DNA of 64,000 nt from the IMG/VR virus record IMGVR_UViG_3300034082_004296, positions 64,001-128,000 of that record; one strand, 5' to 3'. The DNA is from a virus. The notes under the pieces were generated by a model. The model ran no database searches. It was not told where the DNA came from and worked only from the letters and a program-made list of their open reading frames with translations. Within the stretch, counting starts at the first letter, position 1. Each line of letters starts with the position of its first letter. Below are positions 61,234 to 64,000 of this stretch, piece after piece. The translations under genes were made by a program, and so were the position numbers.

Positions 61234-63960
61234 ATGCCAATTAGAATAAACCTAAAGGAAATATTTTCGTCAGATCCTCAAGAGATATTAGTCGATAAGT
61301 TAAACTTTAACTATAACAAGTTGCTTGAGCTTGGCGTGGGTACTCCAGGACCAACTGGCTTGACTGGACCACAAGGACCAGCCGGACCGATTGGATTAGT
61401 TGGACCTCAAGGAGATCGTGGAGCTACTTGGTGGGTTGATTCAGGGGATCCAAATACTCTTACTTTTACTGGATTAATTGACGGTGATCTCTATCTTGAT
61501 CAGACATCCAACGTTTTTCAAGTTTGGAAATATGATGATGGAACCAGTACATGGGTAACAGTAGTGAGTATTGCTGCCATTGTGACCTCATATCTAAGTA
61601 GCTTATCGAACATTCCATTTGAGACAGTCACTACTTTTCAGGCTCCAGGATCGACTGCAGTAAATAAGTTTATCTTATTTGATAAACGAGACGATTATGT
61701 AGCTGATACCACTCGAGGTACTGCTAACGTTTCCCTTAACAATATGTTATTCCTAAATAACTTTGATGAGACTGATGTTACATATCCGATCTTGGGTCAA
61801 GACCAATACAATTCTCTACTTTCAATATTTCCTGCGCATGATGATACGCAAGATTCAGGTAGAGCTCAATCTGGTAGATACCATATTGAAATGGGATCCC
61901 TTTATATGGACAGCGATGTGTTGCCAGTAGGTACCATAAAATACAGTGATCTTAAGCATAACCTAAAAGCTAAGTTTTATAAGCAATATGTGGATCCAAT
62001 ACTTCCACCACAGCTTCCAGCAACTAATACATGGATCAATACTGCTAGGTTTTCTCTTTCCTATACTGAGAGTCAGTCTTTGCTAGACATAGATCAAAAT
62101 GCTGTATTTGAGTTTCTTTTTCCAAAGTGGAATAGCGAGAATCCATCGATCGGTGGTGTTACTTCATGGACAGCTGACGGTTTAGGTACAGGTTATACTA
62201 CTGCAACTGGTGTTGCTACAACAAGTGCAGGTGGAGGTACTGGCTTAACCGTAAACATAACGGCCGTCTTAGGTGCAATCACAGCAGTCATAGTAAATAA
62301 TCTTGGCTCAGGATATGAAGTCGGAGATATAGTTACGATTAATGGAGGCTCAACTAGTGAATCATTAACTATCACATCAGTTATTTTACCTGTGCAAGAA
62401 GAGTTATCCGTTGTGCTTAGTTCAGCTGAGGCAATTGTTGAACGTAGCCCAGCTCACACTCATATAGTAGCAGACGGTATTCACGTTTCAACTAAAAGTT
62501 CTTCTATAAATGCTACTCTAGGTTTAGCTCTAGACTATTCAAGTTTAAATGCTAAGCTTGATGCTAAGAATCACCTAATGTTAGACTCTAATTCTGGAGT
62601 AGATGGAGTGATTCTTCTAAATAAAGGCACTTTTGTTAATGGCGACGCGAATATTGTCGATGGATTAGCCATTGGTTCAGGATACGAAGATTTAACTGCA
62701 CCCGCAAATAGCTTAATTGTTGAAGGTAAGGTAGGAATCGGGATAGCTACTCCAGATGCCAATACTAAGCACCATATATATGAAACAGGTTCAGCTATAA
62801 TTAAAATAACCTCTCTTACTCAACTTGATTCTCTTTCTTTTTCAGGCTTTATTAAATTTCTTGCAGTCGATGCGATATCGATTAATGATATTTCTGGATC
62901 ACCTACCGTTGTTTTACAAAACAATTCTTTTACTGGAAATAACGCAATTAGTAGTTTTACAGGAAATAATCTTGATTTTTCTAGTACTCTTTCATCTCAT
63001 ACATTTAGTGGAACTCAATTTTGTGGAAATAAGATCAGCCTGCTGAATTCTTCAGATTTTACAACATTGTCGAGTGCTCTTGAGATCACCGGTAATCTTT
63101 TTACTCTTTCTCCAGTAATTACCTCATCATCCAATGGTAAAGTTTATGGAAATAAATTTGTTCTTCAACCGGATCTAAGTTCAGCAACTGGTGGCACAAT
63201 TAGAGGAAATCAAATAGAGATTACTAGCTATTCACCGAACTCTACTACTGAAATTAGAGGTACTCAAACAACAATTGAACAACTAATAGCTGATCCTCAA
63301 GGTATAACATATGGTAGTGTAACAAACATACAAGTAAACTCAAGCAATTCTTTATCTAGTGATCTTATCGGACAACAAATAAATGTAAATACTACAGGCG
63401 TATCTCTTCCTACTACCTCATATGGTTCCAGAATCATAATGGGAACTAATCTTCCATCACCCGGAACAGCATATGGTTATCATATAGTTGGCGCAACTGA
63501 TAACTATGCTGAAGGGGCTTCTAGATTTAAAGGATCAGTCTCAATTAATAATAATGATTCTTATGTACAATACGTTAAAAATACTTGGACAGGTTGGGCA
63601 ACTTGGGGATTTAATGTAAATCTTGTAAACTTCTCATTTGCATTGGACGAGTCCGGTTTACCTACTGGTTTTGGTGGGACATATGCAACCAGTGGTGCAC
63701 AAACGGCTGGCGGCACTACCGCAATATGGAGATTTAATCATCCCACGATCGATCCAAATAAAAGTACTTTACTTGCAACACCTAGGTTTGGAGGAGCAGG
63801 ATCAGCGCCATATGTCGGTAAAGTTGAATCAACTGGCTTAACGACCTTTTGTAGAATAACTGCTACTCAGTCATATATCATATTTACTAATATTGGTTCA
63901 ACTGCTTGGACAAATGACTCTCTAATAAGTTTTAGTTTTACATTAACTGAATGGGCATAA
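61234..63960 (+). CDS. Collagen-repeat tail-fibre-like protein
   Basis: (G-X-Y)n at 61339-61422, DGDLYLD, copy 3 of the module, GKVGIGIATP motif, beta-helix-like G-rich C-terminal part. Confidence 0.65.
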   Translation: MPIRINLKEIFSSDPQEILVDKLNFNYNKLLELGVGTPGPTGLTGPQGPAGPIGLVGPQGDRGATWWVDSGDPNTLTFTGLIDGDLYLDQTSNVFQVWKYDDGTSTWVTVVSIAAIVTSYLSSLSNIPFETVTTFQAPGSTAVNKFILFDKRDDYVADTTRGTANVSLNNMLFLNNFDETDVTYPILGQDQYNSLLSIFPAHDDTQDSGRAQSGRYHIEMGSLYMDSDVLPVGTIKYSDLKHNLKAKFYKQYVDPILPPQLPATNTWINTARFSLSYTESQSLLDIDQNAVFEFLFPKWNSENPSIGGVTSWTADGLGTGYTTATGVATTSAGGGTGLTVNITAVLGAITAVIVNNLGSGYEVGDIVTINGGSTSESLTITSVILPVQEELSVVLSSAEAIVERSPAHTHIVADGIHVSTKSSSINATLGLALDYSSLNAKLDAKNHLMLDSNSGVDGVILLNKGTFVNGDANIVDGLAIGSGYEDLTAPANSLIVEGKVGIGIATPDANTKHHIYETGSAIIKITSLTQLDSLSFSGFIKFLAVDAISINDISGSPTVVLQNNSFTGNNAISSFTGNNLDFSSTLSSHTFSGTQFCGNKISLLNSSDFTTLSSALEITGNLFTLSPVITSSSNGKVYGNKFVLQPDLSSATGGTIRGNQIEITSYSPNSTTEIRGTQTTIEQLIADPQGITYGSVTNIQVNSSNSLSSDLIGQQINVNTTGVSLPTTSYGSRIIMGTNLPSPGTAYGYHIVGATDNYAEGASRFKGSVSINNNDSYVQYVKNTWTGWATWGFNVNLVNFSFALDESGLPTGFGGTYATSGAQTAGGTTAIWRFNHPTIDPNKSTLLATPRFGGAGSAPYVGKVESTGLTTFCRITATQSYIIFTNIGSTAWTNDSLISFSFTLTEWA
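62152..62382 (+). repeat. 77-aa Gly/Thr-rich module, copy 3
   Basis: 58/77 aa identical to the sheath copy by manual alignment; shares TTAGGTACAGGTTATACTACTGC at the DNA level. Confidence 0.85.
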
Positions 63961-64000
63961 AATATAAAAATAAAAAAATATAAAATGGGACTAACTATAA

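Noticed and set aside
63985-64000. Start of the next ORF (MGLTI...)
   Set aside because: Only five codons in the window; cannot be annotated.

Overview
A 64-kb, AT-rich, densely coding segment of a large T4-like (jumbo/huge) myophage genome. The host is probably in the Bacteroidota, judged from the A/T-rich leaders without Shine-Dalgarno sites, an Hc1-like histone protein, a short NrdA and Bacteroidota-type OmpA and VGIG motifs. Replication, repair and nucleotide genes lie mostly on the minus strand: topoisomerase II, DinG helicase, NEIL1-like glycosylase, dCMP deaminase, a gp42-like TS-family enzyme, gp46/47, gp41, UvsX, a split PolB, gp56-like dCTPase, RNase H, gp32, NrdAB, a SET protein, bS1, GroEL/ES, exonucleases and UvsE. 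They are interleaved with late virion genes mostly on the plus strand: tail tube, tail sheath, M15 peptidase and very large baseplate/fibre proteins. A RuvC-like nuclease and a gp55-like sigma factor are also on the plus strand. The most notable signals: (1) eight late proteins share a T4 internal-protein-like capsid-targeting N-terminus, and two of them carry OmpA-like domains, each paired convergently with a secreted CAP-domain gene; (2) a probable cytosine-modification pathway; (3) a 77-aa module inserted in three unrelated virion proteins; (4) two promoter classes readable directly from the DNA (NATAAATAA and AAAC-N16-GTAYAA); (5) an N-terminal-half-only DNA polymerase; (6) an Hc1 plus SET pair, a phage ribosomal protein S1 and a metazoan-NEIL1-like glycosylase. 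No tRNA, rRNA, CRISPR array or IS element was recognised. All family assignments come from motifs recognised by eye, not database searches.
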